In this document: positions 38,250 through 47,023 of the stretch, one piece after another
Layout of the letters: each line of letters begins with the position of its first letter
Numbering within the stretch: position 1 is the first letter of the stretch
The notes under the pieces: generated by a model
Seen by the model: the letters and a program-made list of their open reading frames with translations, nothing else
Told to the model about the DNA's origin: nothing
Databases searched by the model: none
Made by a program: the position numbers and the translations under genes
Virus record (IMG/VR): IMGVR_UViG_3300042887_001901
Coordinates: 1-62,168 of that record
Direction: 5' to 3' (one strand)
DNA length: 62,168 nucleotides
Source of the DNA: a virus
Lineage: Duplodnaviria > Caudoviricetes

Positions 38250-38583
38250 TTGTAGAGGTAATACCACACGTAGACAAAGTAAGAATGTCTTTAAATACTT
38301 GCAAAACAATAACCGTAGAATTATCTACCATGACCTTCGCAGACTTAATGTCTTTCGTAGGCGCTGACGAGTACGCATACGCGGCTTAATAAGCATCGGG
38401 TGTAACATCCTAGGAACAGAAGTTACAAGCTAGGTTTTCTTTGTAGTCGTAAAACAAAGTGGTGGTAACTGGTACTTAACTGTACGGCCCTTTACTGATC
38501 AGCTTAAAATGTAGATCTAAACGTGTGACACGCTGGTATAGCTGTCTCTATTAAAGACAGGGGTTCGACTCCCCTCATCTCCA
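38226..38583 (+). ncRNA. ssrA: tmRNA
   Basis: GGGGATG/CATCTCC-A acceptor stem with G3.U70, GACAGGGGTTCGACTCCCC T arm, internal tag ORF ending YAYAA followed by TAA TAA. Confidence 0.92.
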
Positions 38584-38587
38584 CTGC

Positions 38588-38615
38588 AGAGCAACCCTAA
38601 TCGGTTGCTCTTTTT
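38588..38615 (+). terminator. Rho-independent terminator after tmRNA
   Basis: AGAGCAACC-CTAATC-GGTTGCTCT-TTTT. Confidence 0.8.
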
Positions 38616-38645
38616 CTATATTTATGTCCGTTAAAAATTAAAAGT

Positions 38646-39137
38646 ATGAAACAGCTTGCTATAGTTGTTTTCGCATTACTAATCAGTTTTGTAGGAAACA
38701 CGCAAGTTACTCCTACAAAGCTATACATCAGTAGCGTAAACAATTTAATCAAAGTCGGACCACTAACAAATAACACAAACCTAGCGTTTGGTGTTAAAAA
38801 CATTCTTGAGGAAGCTACTCAAGATAAAGGTTACTCTATTGTGACTGATAGATGGGATGCTGATTTGGTTTTAGATATCGACATTATTTATTTTGATATT
38901 GAAAAATCAAAAACTAATATATCCATATTTCACAGAGATGAAAATGCAGTTGTAATTAGAATGAAAGGCCAAGTTACAAAAGATGGTAAAGTTATAAAAA
39001 ATGTTCTTGTTGAAGACAGTTCAAGTGAAATAGTTGCGTCAACTGGTTTAGTTGCGACCGATGGTAAATTTAATTCTACAGTATCAAGAAACGCTATTAA
39101 AAAAACATGCGTATTGGTTGTGTCTAAACTTTTTTAA
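38646..39137 (+). CDS. Exported protein, possibly CsgG/TolB-N-like alpha/beta fold
   Basis: Signal peptide; FGVKNILEE...DADLVL...RNAIKK loosely parallels 43470..44186. Confidence 0.6.
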   Translation: MKQLAIVVFALLISFVGNTQVTPTKLYISSVNNLIKVGPLTNNTNLAFGVKNILEEATQDKGYSIVTDRWDADLVLDIDIIYFDIEKSKTNISIFHRDENAVVIRMKGQVTKDGKVIKNVLVEDSSSEIVASTGLVATDGKFNSTVSRNAIKKTCVLVVSKLF

Positions 39138-39140
39138 GAC

Positions 39141-41273
39141 ATGAAGAAATTATTAGTATTATTGCTTACATTAGTAAGCTTTGGAGCAGTAGCACAAAAT
39201 CCAATTAAATTTAGAGCATTATCATCAGTAGGTGGAGCTACACTTGATAGAGGAGGTACATTTGAGTACATCGTTCAAGCAAATGGTAACAGCAATGCTA
39301 CCACACGTCAGGTATTGGTTGATATGCAATATGACAAAGATAACTTTGAATTAGTATCTGTTGCTCATACTGGAACTGGTGGTAATGGAGGTATATTACC
39401 TGGAGGATCAACAATCAGTTTAAGTTACTATAACTATCCAGGATATACATTTACAACAGTATCATCAGGCAATAGTGCTAATAACACAACAAATGGTACT
39501 ACTAACTACCAATATGCTCAATATACATTTAGTAATACAAGTGCAAATGCTATTTTAAGAACCACATTAACATGGTCTACTACAGCAGCAATGCCGTATA
39601 CTAGCTATGATAGATTGATTGTATTTACATTTAGATTAAAAGCGGCATCAACTGCTTACACATTCAATCCAATCAAATTAAACTTCGTTTCCGCTTGGAA
39701 TGCATCAGGAGCTCAAGAGGCTACTTTAATGGAATCTCCTTTATCAACAGCAGTATTAATGAACCAAAACTTTGGTAAATTTGTAAGTGCTAAAGTTGAT
39801 TTAAACTCAAACTTATACAATTTATCTAGTTTAAAAGTATCATTTAGAGATACAGCAACAAACCAAGGACAATTATTCTCAGTATTAGCTGATGGTACTG
39901 TTGATGTTAATCAAGGACTATTAGCTGCTAGCAAAGTTTATGATGTTAGTTTAATGCATGAAATGGATAAAATATACACTATATATAATAGTGCTATTAC
40001 AATATCTGATTTCTCAACAGCACAAGCTGAATTTACATCTATGGGCTTAACAGCAACTAAAGGTGTTAACTTAAATACAGGTCAAGCATTATATGCTGCT
40101 GATATTAATAGAAATAAAGCAATTGATGGCGGTGATTTACCTAGATTATTAGGTCAAGTAGCAGGTAAAGACACATTAATGACACTACCAGCAGGTTATA
40201 CAGCAGGTAGTGGTGGTTGGATGAGTTTACCAACTTGGAGAGCAGCAGACGCTACTACAACATGGGGTCAAACAGAATGGGCTTATGTTTCTCCAAATAG
40301 TTACTCTACAGGAGTTAGTGCTTTAAGAATTGATATGAGAGAATTTCCAGCTGGAACAACTCCAAATCAAGTAAAAAGTGTTCAATTATTTGATGTTTAT
40401 ACAGGTCCCGTTGAATATATGAGTGAAGATGCTGCTTGGGCTGTATATAAAGTACCATCTACATTTGCTAAAGCAACAGACGGAACTTCAACTTATGCTG
40501 CTTATATAAGACAAAACACTACAGATTATAATTTCAGAGCTGAATTTGAATTTAATACTTCAGTTGATAATTCTTGGGGTGCTATTACAACTTCAAACTG
40601 GAATAACATTACATATCCTAAAACATACTTTAAAACAGGTACTTTAGGTGCAAACGCTGTATTAGATCTTAAATATCTTTTATGGGGTGATGTAAACCGT
40701 TCTCACTCATCTCAAGTAGTAACTACAGCAGGTGGTTCAAGTACAATTCAAACAAATGCTATTCCAAGTTTACAAATGAATATGGCATTTAATGAAACAA
40801 CAAGTAAAATGTCAATGGCATCTACAGGACCATTTATCAATACTAACTTCGCTTACACTTCAATTGATGTTAATTTAGCTAATCAAACAGTAACTGGAAA
40901 TATAGTTGAAATACCAGTTAATATTGATACTAAAGGTAATAGTATGGGAGGTTTACAACTTGAATTTGCATATGATCCTACTAAGATTAAATTTGAAGAA
41001 ATGATTTCAAATGTACCTAACAGTTGGTTTGTATTTGCAAATGCTAAAGAGGGTGTAGTTAAATTTGGAGCATTAGATCAAAATAATAGTAATCCAATTA
41101 AAGGAATAAACATACCATTTAAATTAAAATTCTCAACTATTGGTAATGGTGTTGATGTATTAACATCATTAAAAGTATCTCAAACAATGGATGCTGCTGA
41201 TAATAAGGGTAATCAATTAGGTGTAGTTTTAAATATGACAAACATTAAATTAACAGGATATAACAATTTCTAA
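39141..41273 (+). CDS. Large exported protein with cohesin-like and dockerin-like domains
   Basis: Signal peptide; N-terminal VDMQYDKDNFELV and C-terminal VEIPVNI..GLQLEFAYDPTKIKF (cohesin-like); ADINRNKAIDGGDL and WGDVN (dockerin-like Ca loops). Confidence 0.75.
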   Translation: MKKLLVLLLTLVSFGAVAQNPIKFRALSSVGGATLDRGGTFEYIVQANGNSNATTRQVLVDMQYDKDNFELVSVAHTGTGGNGGILPGGSTISLSYYNYPGYTFTTVSSGNSANNTTNGTTNYQYAQYTFSNTSANAILRTTLTWSTTAAMPYTSYDRLIVFTFRLKAASTAYTFNPIKLNFVSAWNASGAQEATLMESPLSTAVLMNQNFGKFVSAKVDLNSNLYNLSSLKVSFRDTATNQGQLFSVLADGTVDVNQGLLAASKVYDVSLMHEMDKIYTIYNSAITISDFSTAQAEFTSMGLTATKGVNLNTGQALYAADINRNKAIDGGDLPRLLGQVAGKDTLMTLPAGYTAGSGGWMSLPTWRAADATTTWGQTEWAYVSPNSYSTGVSALRIDMREFPAGTTPNQVKSVQLFDVYTGPVEYMSEDAAWAVYKVPSTFAKATDGTSTYAAYIRQNTTDYNFRAEFEFNTSVDNSWGAITTSNWNNITYPKTYFKTGTLGANAVLDLKYLLWGDVNRSHSSQVVTTAGGSSTIQTNAIPSLQMNMAFNETTSKMSMASTGPFINTNFAYTSIDVNLANQTVTGNIVEIPVNIDTKGNSMGGLQLEFAYDPTKIKFEEMISNVPNSWFVFANAKEGVVKFGALDQNNSNPIKGINIPFKLKFSTIGNGVDVLTSLKVSQTMDAADNKGNQLGVVLNMTNIKLTGYNNF

Positions 41274-41275
41274 TT

Positions 41276-41632
41276 ATGAAAAAAGCAACATTAATAATGG
41301 TTATGTTCTTAGCGGTGGCTTGTACAAAGATTGCTCCAACACCACAACAAGTAATTGATTTAGGTGTACAATCACAAGCAACCAGTATTAAATCAGTTGT
41401 TCAAACAAATAATACAGTAACAGCTGTATTTGAAACAACACCAGGTGCTAAGTATTCAGTACAAGTAATCCCGTTTGGTAGTGATAAACCTGCATTTAAA
41501 GAAGGATTCACGGCAAGCGACGCAACAACACAGAAAATATATAATTTGTCAACTTTAACAAAGAGTGACTACGATTTAATATTTATCGATATAAGTGGTA
41601 AAGAAATTAAATACCCAATCGTAATTAAATAA
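41276..41632 (+). CDS. Lipoprotein with T9SS C-terminal-domain-like tail
   Basis: LAVAC lipobox; YNLSTLTKSDYDLIF...KYPIVIK. Confidence 0.6.
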   Translation: MKKATLIMVMFLAVACTKIAPTPQQVIDLGVQSQATSIKSVVQTNNTVTAVFETTPGAKYSVQVIPFGSDKPAFKEGFTASDATTQKIYNLSTLTKSDYDLIFIDISGKEIKYPIVIK

Positions 41633-41643
41633 AATTAATAAAA

Positions 41644-41955
41644 ATGTCAGAAGAAGTAGAAAAATCAGAAAGTACCGGTGGTTCAATTAAGAACATACTT
41701 ATCGGTTTAGTATCAACAATCACATTAGGTGTTGGTGGTTGGTTTACAACTAAATTAACAGGTGGTGACAAGGAAGAAGCTCCAGTACAACAAGCAGCTC
41801 CAGTAATTAATATTACTAATAGCAACCAACAGTCTCAAGCTGCAGGTGGTAAAACAGTAATTATTAAAGAAAAGGAAGTAGCAGCTAAACCAGCAGCTCC
41901 AGCTAAACCTAAGAAAGAAGCTGACGAATTTAAAGAGAAACCAGCAGCGTGGTAA
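41644..41955 (+). CDS. Single-pass membrane protein with low-complexity tail
   Basis: TM ILIGLVSTITLGVGGWF; Pro/Ala/Lys-rich C-terminus. Confidence 0.7.
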   Translation: MSEEVEKSESTGGSIKNILIGLVSTITLGVGGWFTTKLTGGDKEEAPVQQAAPVINITNSNQQSQAAGGKTVIIKEKEVAAKPAAPAKPKKEADEFKEKPAAW

Positions 41956-41975
41956 TAAAAATAAAATAAAGTAAA

Positions 41976-42581
41976 ATGGCAGAACAACCAAGTGGTTTTA
42001 AAGACCTATTAAATAAAATGATGAGCCGTAGATGGTATATTACGGCAATGGTATTGGGTGGGTTTATGTTTATCATAGGAGGTATGTTTGCCGCTATTGC
42101 TGCTAAAACAGAAATAGCTGGTGAATGGAAAGAATTAATATTATTATTATTAGGTGCTTTTATTGGTAGCTACGGTAAAATTATTGATTACTGGTTCTCT
42201 GATACAGATAAAGATAAAATGTTAGTTCAGAAAATGGATGAGGAAGATGGTATAGCATTAGGTAGTGTTAATGATATTAAAGAAAGTAACAAACCATTCA
42301 CTCCATTAATTCCAGATGCATTCGTTCAAGGTGCTCAAGCAGCTAGAGAATTAGCAGCTGTTGAAAATAAGCAAAAGTTCGAATTGAAAAAAGATCAACA
42401 AGAACATGATCAAGCTTTAGAAGCAGACGCTCAAGAGCATGATCAAGAAATGGAAAAATTAGAATTCGAACACCACGCTCATAGACAATGTCAACATGTT
42501 TGGGGTGATTCAGATAACGATGGTGAATTAGAGTGTCAAAATTGCGGTCTATTAAAAGACTTCTACGATGACTCTCATTAA
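41976..42581 (+). CDS. Two-TM membrane protein with acidic/His-rich tail and zinc motif
   Basis: LLLGAFIGSYGKIIDYWF; QEHDQ repeats; CQHVW...CQNC. Confidence 0.7.
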   Translation: MAEQPSGFKDLLNKMMSRRWYITAMVLGGFMFIIGGMFAAIAAKTEIAGEWKELILLLLGAFIGSYGKIIDYWFSDTDKDKMLVQKMDEEDGIALGSVNDIKESNKPFTPLIPDAFVQGAQAARELAAVENKQKFELKKDQQEHDQALEADAQEHDQEMEKLEFEHHAHRQCQHVWGDSDNDGELECQNCGLLKDFYDDSH

Positions 42582-42602
42582 TAAAAATTAAAAATTAAAA
42601 GT

Positions 42603-42842
42603 ATGACTTTCAAACAATGGGTGATCGACCTTTTCAAAGATGAAAGAGGAGCAATCTCAGTTAAACCAGTTATTGCCTTCGTAGGTGCAATGTTTTTATG
42701 TGTTACAATGATTTTAAACTCATTCTCACATGCAGACTTTGCTCCCTCACCTGAATTAGTAAATGCAGTAATGATTATTACTGGTATTGGAATGGGTGCT
42801 GATACATTTGATAAGTTCTCTCATAAGAAAAAAGAAGATTAA
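42603..42842 (+). CDS. Small two-TM protein (holin-like)
   Basis: DERGAISVKPVI..., two TM helices, charged C-terminus. Confidence 0.6.
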   Translation: MTFKQWVIDLFKDERGAISVKPVIAFVGAMFLCVTMILNSFSHADFAPSPELVNAVMIITGIGMGADTFDKFSHKKKED

Positions 42843-42846
42843 TCAC

Positions 42847-42868
42847 AGGGGTCTAAAACGACCCCTTT
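42847..42868 (+). terminator. Hairpin, possible terminator
   Basis: AGGGGTC-TAAAAC-GACCCCT-TT. Confidence 0.6.
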
Positions 42869-42880
42869 AATATACAGTTT

Positions 42881-43048
42881 ATGAAACAAAAATTATTCGA
42901 AGGGTTTGTAAAGTTAGCATTTGCATGGACAGTATTTGCTTTATCATTTCAAGTTACAATGTTAACTTTAAGTGTAACAAATCCTAAATTAGCAACAAAA
43001 ATCGGTAACGAATTAACTTGGGCTATTGACGGTCGATTTAATAAGTAA
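42881..43048 (+). CDS. Small membrane protein (55 aa, not in ORF track)
   Basis: MKQKLFEGFVKLAFAWTVFALSFQVTML... Confidence 0.55.
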   Translation: MKQKLFEGFVKLAFAWTVFALSFQVTMLTLSVTNPKLATKIGNELTWAIDGRFNK

Positions 43049-43052
43049 AATT

Positions 43053-43466
43053 ATGATAACAACAGCATTAGTAATATTAATGATAGCTTACCTAGTATCT
43101 TGGGTAATATATCAAAAACATCAGTTTCTAGAAAGAGATTTATATGCAACTGACCCTCAAACAGCATATGAAATCCATAATAAAAAGTGGCATTTCTGGA
43201 AAGGTGTAAACCAAGGTTGTGTGTATGGTATAGTATTTTTAGGGTTCGGATTTAAAATGATGGTGATATTTGCAGTATTATTTTGGGCTGGGTTTGATTT
43301 ATTCTGTAATAAAATTGTATTAAACAGACCTTGGTTATCTGTAGGTAAAACAGCTGATACAGATCTATTTATTAGAAAAGTAGCAGATGTAATTCATATC
43401 AAACCAGAGTATACTTCTTTATTAATCAAAGCAGTAATTTTATTAGCTGCAATTATATTATTATAG
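43053..43466 (+). CDS. Multi-pass membrane protein
   Basis: Hydrophobic segments, KKWHFWK; ATG start at 43053. Confidence 0.65.
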   Translation: MITTALVILMIAYLVSWVIYQKHQFLERDLYATDPQTAYEIHNKKWHFWKGVNQGCVYGIVFLGFGFKMMVIFAVLFWAGFDLFCNKIVLNRPWLSVGKTADTDLFIRKVADVIHIKPEYTSLLIKAVILLAAIILL

Positions 43467-43469
43467 TGT

Positions 43470-44186
43470 ATGAAAAATTTATTAGTATTATTAGGGTTAT
43501 TCTTAACTATAAGTGCAACTGCCCAAACTGTAGGAAGCACTAAAACAGAACAATATAAAGCATCGTTTGAAACTGCTATTGACATTAGTCAATTTATGGA
43601 TTATGAAGGTAAACAAATACCAATTCAAATCCTTAAAGCAGGTATTAGTGATGAGATATATGAAATGTATCCTGAATTAAAAGAAAAACGTGTTGGGTTA
43701 GGTGTTGCTAACATTACAATGGAATACCTAGAAAACTTAAACCGATTCAAATTTACAGAAGATAAAACTGAAATTAAGAATCGTATGGTTAAACAATTCC
43801 AAGCATCAGCAGCAGGTATTTCTGAAAATAAATTAGATGGTAGAGGTAAAATCAACTTAGCTGAATACTTCGTTACAGTTGAATGTTATGATTATTCAGT
43901 ATCTGAAGACGAAACTATCAACTTAAAAGACGGTATTAAAGATAATTTAGTAACTCGTTTAGGTTTACAAGTTAGATTTACTAACGCTGAAACAGGGGTT
44001 GTATTTGGAGCATCTGGTTTAGGTGAAGCCACTACAAAACGTGAATTAACTTTACTATCAGACGCAACTATAGATCCAATTAAATTTAACCAATCAACAA
44101 TCAGTATCTGTACTAAAAAAGCACTTGATATTGCTTGTGCTCGTATTTTAAAGAGAATGGTTGATAAAAAAATATTCGATAAGTAA
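43470..44186 (+). CDS. CsgG/HfaB-like (curli export-type) exported protein
   Basis: Signal peptide; GLGVANITMEYLENLNRFKFTE, AEYFV, VRFTNAETG...ASGLGEA pattern typical of the CsgG superfamily. Confidence 0.65.
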   Translation: MKNLLVLLGLFLTISATAQTVGSTKTEQYKASFETAIDISQFMDYEGKQIPIQILKAGISDEIYEMYPELKEKRVGLGVANITMEYLENLNRFKFTEDKTEIKNRMVKQFQASAAGISENKLDGRGKINLAEYFVTVECYDYSVSEDETINLKDGIKDNLVTRLGLQVRFTNAETGVVFGASGLGEATTKRELTLLSDATIDPIKFNQSTISICTKKALDIACARILKRMVDKKIFDK

Positions 44187-44293
44187 TGGCAAATAAAAAA
44201 CCAAAACCTCGTTCAATGCGTAGCAGACGCTCTGGAGTTAAAAAAGCAGAATTAGTTAAGGCTAATCAAGTTATATTAAGTAAATTAAAATAA
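44186..44293 (+). CDS. Small basic peptide (35 aa, not in ORF track)
   Basis: MANKKPKPRSMRSRRSGVKK..., translationally coupled to both neighbours. Confidence 0.5.
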   Translation: MANKKPKPRSMRSRRSGVKKAELVKANQVILSKLK

Positions 44294-44294
44294 C

Positions 44295-44576
44295 ATGAGA
44301 TTATTATTATTAATATTATTTCTTGCTCTAGCAGGATGTACTTCACTACAATACGTGTATGTAGATCCTAAAGATTCAGTAGTTAAAAAACAAAGAATAA
44401 TATACGATTATCAGTATACACCTTTATTTTATAATACAATTCCATATTATAATCCAATTATAATTCAAAGATGGGGTGTGCCTAGATACCAACCACAACG
44501 TTGGATACCTCAAAGACCAACTCATCGCTTTGTTCCACAAAGACAATTACCTCCTCGTCCATCTAGAAAAAGATAA
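44295..44576 (+). CDS. Lipoprotein with Pro/Arg/Tyr-rich tail
   Basis: LAGC lipobox; PQR repeats. Confidence 0.7.
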   Translation: MRLLLLILFLALAGCTSLQYVYVDPKDSVVKKQRIIYDYQYTPLFYNTIPYYNPIIIQRWGVPRYQPQRWIPQRPTHRFVPQRQLPPRPSRKR

Positions 44577-45385
44577 TGAAATACTTATTAATCATATTAT
44601 TCCTATTACCTACATTAGTATTCTCTCAAGATTCAAAGAATAGAGAGATGCAAATGCAAGTAAATAACTTACAACCACCTCCACCACCACCTCCTGGACC
44701 AAGGGGTTCATTAGTTAAAACAAATGCATTCTTAACATCATCTGACTTTGTATTCTTACAAAAACCAACTTATGTAGGTGGATGGTTACAAGCAATATCA
44801 TTAGGTGGAGGCAGATCATCAGCAAATGGCGTTTACTCATATGGTGGAAATGGGTTTGCAACAACAGATGGTTCTCAGTTAGGTATTTCTGGATTTATAT
44901 CTAAAGGCAACAATAATTTATTTCTATCTTATGTTGAGTTAGCTAAAAGTAGAACAACAACAGCTACATATGTAAAAATGTATAAAGGTAAATGGAATAA
45001 AGGATTCGGTATTAATTTATCTTCGTCATTTACGCAAGTTGCAAATTCCGATTCATTACCCCCAATGCATATAGTAGCACCTTCGATGATGTTGTTCATT
45101 AATAGAACATTCACTGCAGGTAAATTTACAATAACACCTGACTTATTACTTAGTTATTCAAATCCTTATTTTGATGCAGGTAAAAATTCAGTGACATTTT
45201 TAGGAGCTGAAAGATGGATCGGATTTCAATATGATCCAACATTCAATGCTTTAGTTGGTACTTCATTTGGATATAAATTATCTAAAAGATTTATATTATT
45301 AGTTGCTTATAGAGGTAATATAAATACTAATCCAAAATTTGGGTTAATGAATAATATCTCAATAGGTAACAAATTTAATTTATAA
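44576..45385 (+). CDS. Putative outer-membrane beta-barrel protein
   Basis: Signal peptide, poly-Pro linker, amphipathic Gly/aromatic strands, ends ISIGNKFNL. Confidence 0.6.
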   Translation: MKYLLIILFLLPTLVFSQDSKNREMQMQVNNLQPPPPPPPGPRGSLVKTNAFLTSSDFVFLQKPTYVGGWLQAISLGGGRSSANGVYSYGGNGFATTDGSQLGISGFISKGNNNLFLSYVELAKSRTTTATYVKMYKGKWNKGFGINLSSSFTQVANSDSLPPMHIVAPSMMLFINRTFTAGKFTITPDLLLSYSNPYFDAGKNSVTFLGAERWIGFQYDPTFNALVGTSFGYKLSKRFILLVAYRGNINTNPKFGLMNNISIGNKFNL

Positions 45386-46759
45386 TTGAAAAAGTGGCTA
45401 ACAAGTCTATTAATATTAGTTTCGTTCATATTCGCCAATAAGGCGAATGGTCAATTTATTACTCAAACCTACATTGATCCCTGTGACTCTAAAGTTTACA
45501 CAGTATTAGTTCCTATAGCATCAAACCAACCTGGTGTAGTCGTACTTATTAGAAACAAATCAAGAACATTTACATATGCTGATTTTGCTTCGGGTACAGT
45601 AACTAAATGGATCAGTGAAATATTTGCAACTCCATGTCCTACAAACACAGCAGTACAACAAACAATAACGGCGAATGTAGCTCAAGCCGCCTCAGCAGCA
45701 GCATCATCTGCAGCAAGCGCAGCTTCATCCGCAGCCTCTTCAGCTGCAAGTTCAGCAGCTTCATCAGCGTCATCATCAGCAAGCTCAAGTGCATCAAGCG
45801 CCGCATCATCCTCAGCTTCCACCACCTCAACTTCCAGTGGTTCAACATCTCAATCTTCAACCTCATCGGGCTCATCGTCATCCTCCCAATCGTCATCGTC
45901 TTCTGGGGAATCATCTTCATCAGGTTCAAGTTCGGAGAGTTCAGGATCAAGCAGCGAAACAAAAAGCGAGAGCAGTTCCGAGAGCAAGTCAGAAAGCAAA
46001 TCGGAGTCGAAAGAAGAATCTAAATCTGAGTCTAAAGAGGAAAAAAAAGAAGATAAAAAAGAGGAAAAGAAAGATGATAAGAAAAAAGATGAAAAGAAAC
46101 AATTACGATTAAATCCAATATTAGTTAACTCAGACTTAACTACAGCTCAAAACCCAACAGGTGGTTTTACACCTATAGTATCATTAGGTATGTCTTCAGC
46201 ATCAGCAGCAGGCGATGCGAGTTGGGGTTTATCAAGTATGATTTACGCTGATTTGAAATCATTTGCATTATCCGGTAACACTAGTAATATGGTGATGGAT
46301 AAGAAAGGTGGATTAAAAGCAATTAAAGCATATTCATATACATTCGCTTGGATGAATGGTATTCCAATGACATTTGGTGGTTATACTTACGTTATGCCTC
46401 ATCCTAAATACGGTGTAATGGGTTATAACTTATCAATTATTAATATTAAACTTAAAGGTGCAGATAGCTACTCATATCAGTTCGCATCGTCGACTACAGG
46501 CTTCTGGACTAAACCTTATCCGTTGCATAACAAATCAACGGTATCCCCAGGGGTCTTCATTATGGGTTCCCCGTATTCATACAATACGGAAACCGGAGGC
46601 TCCTGGAACTATAACATAGCTGGGTTAGTAGGTGTTGGTTATTCATTACAATTGTCAAAGCGATTCGCATTTGCCATTGATTGGAAAATTAACGCATCAA
46701 CGGTACCCAATTCACCAATATTAAATTTCTTCATGATTGGAGCAAGAACTATGTTCTAA
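45386..46759 (+). CDS. Putative outer-membrane beta-barrel protein with Ser/Ala and Glu/Lys linker
   Basis: Signal peptide, DPC...PCP domain, ~120 aa low-complexity linker, strand-like C-terminal domain ending in F; shares (Y)xLSKRF with 44576. Confidence 0.65.
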   Translation: MKKWLTSLLILVSFIFANKANGQFITQTYIDPCDSKVYTVLVPIASNQPGVVVLIRNKSRTFTYADFASGTVTKWISEIFATPCPTNTAVQQTITANVAQAASAAASSAASAASSAASSAASSAASSASSSASSSASSAASSSASTTSTSSGSTSQSSTSSGSSSSSQSSSSSGESSSSGSSSESSGSSSETKSESSSESKSESKSESKEESKSESKEEKKEDKKEEKKDDKKKDEKKQLRLNPILVNSDLTTAQNPTGGFTPIVSLGMSSASAAGDASWGLSSMIYADLKSFALSGNTSNMVMDKKGGLKAIKAYSYTFAWMNGIPMTFGGYTYVMPHPKYGVMGYNLSIINIKLKGADSYSYQFASSTTGFWTKPYPLHNKSTVSPGVFIMGSPYSYNTETGGSWNYNIAGLVGVGYSLQLSKRFAFAIDWKINASTVPNSPILNFFMIGARTMF

Positions 46760-46765
46760 GATTGG

Positions 46766-46796
46766 AGATGGCAGAATTAGGTTGTATATTTAAGTA
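46766..46796 (+). promoter_or_regulatory. GGCA-box promoter
   Basis: TGGCA-N9-TGTATATTTAAGTATAA. Confidence 0.65.
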
Positions 46797-46812
46797 TAAA
46801 TAAAAACATATT

Positions 46813-46971
46813 ATGAAAAAATTATTAGCAATCGTAGCAGTAGCTACATTGACAGCTTGTGGTGGTGCTTCTACTACAGCAACAACGGATTCAACTGCAG
46901 TAGCAGTAGATTCAACAGTAGTAGCGACAGATTCATCTGCAGCAGTAGTTGACTCAACTACAACTAAGTAA
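46813..46971 (+). CDS. 52-aa lipoprotein with repeated D-S-x motifs (not in ORF track)
   Basis: MKKLLAIVAVATLTAC-GGASTTATTDSTAVAVDSTVVATDSSAAVVDSTTTK. Confidence 0.8.
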   Translation: MKKLLAIVAVATLTACGGASTTATTDSTAVAVDSTVVATDSSAAVVDSTTTK

Positions 46972-46979
46972 TAAGTTAA

Positions 46980-47006
46980 GGCCTATCTTCGGATAGGCCA
47001 ACTTTC
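46980..47006 (+). terminator. cUUCGg hairpin terminator
   Basis: GGCCTATC-TTCG-GATAGGCC followed by AACTTT. Confidence 0.75.
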
Positions 47007-47023
47007 TACTCTAAATTAACGTT

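Noticed and set aside
45634-46112. Alternative-frame ORFs over the Ser-rich region
   Set aside because: Artefacts of low-complexity, stop-poor sequence inside ORF 45386..46759
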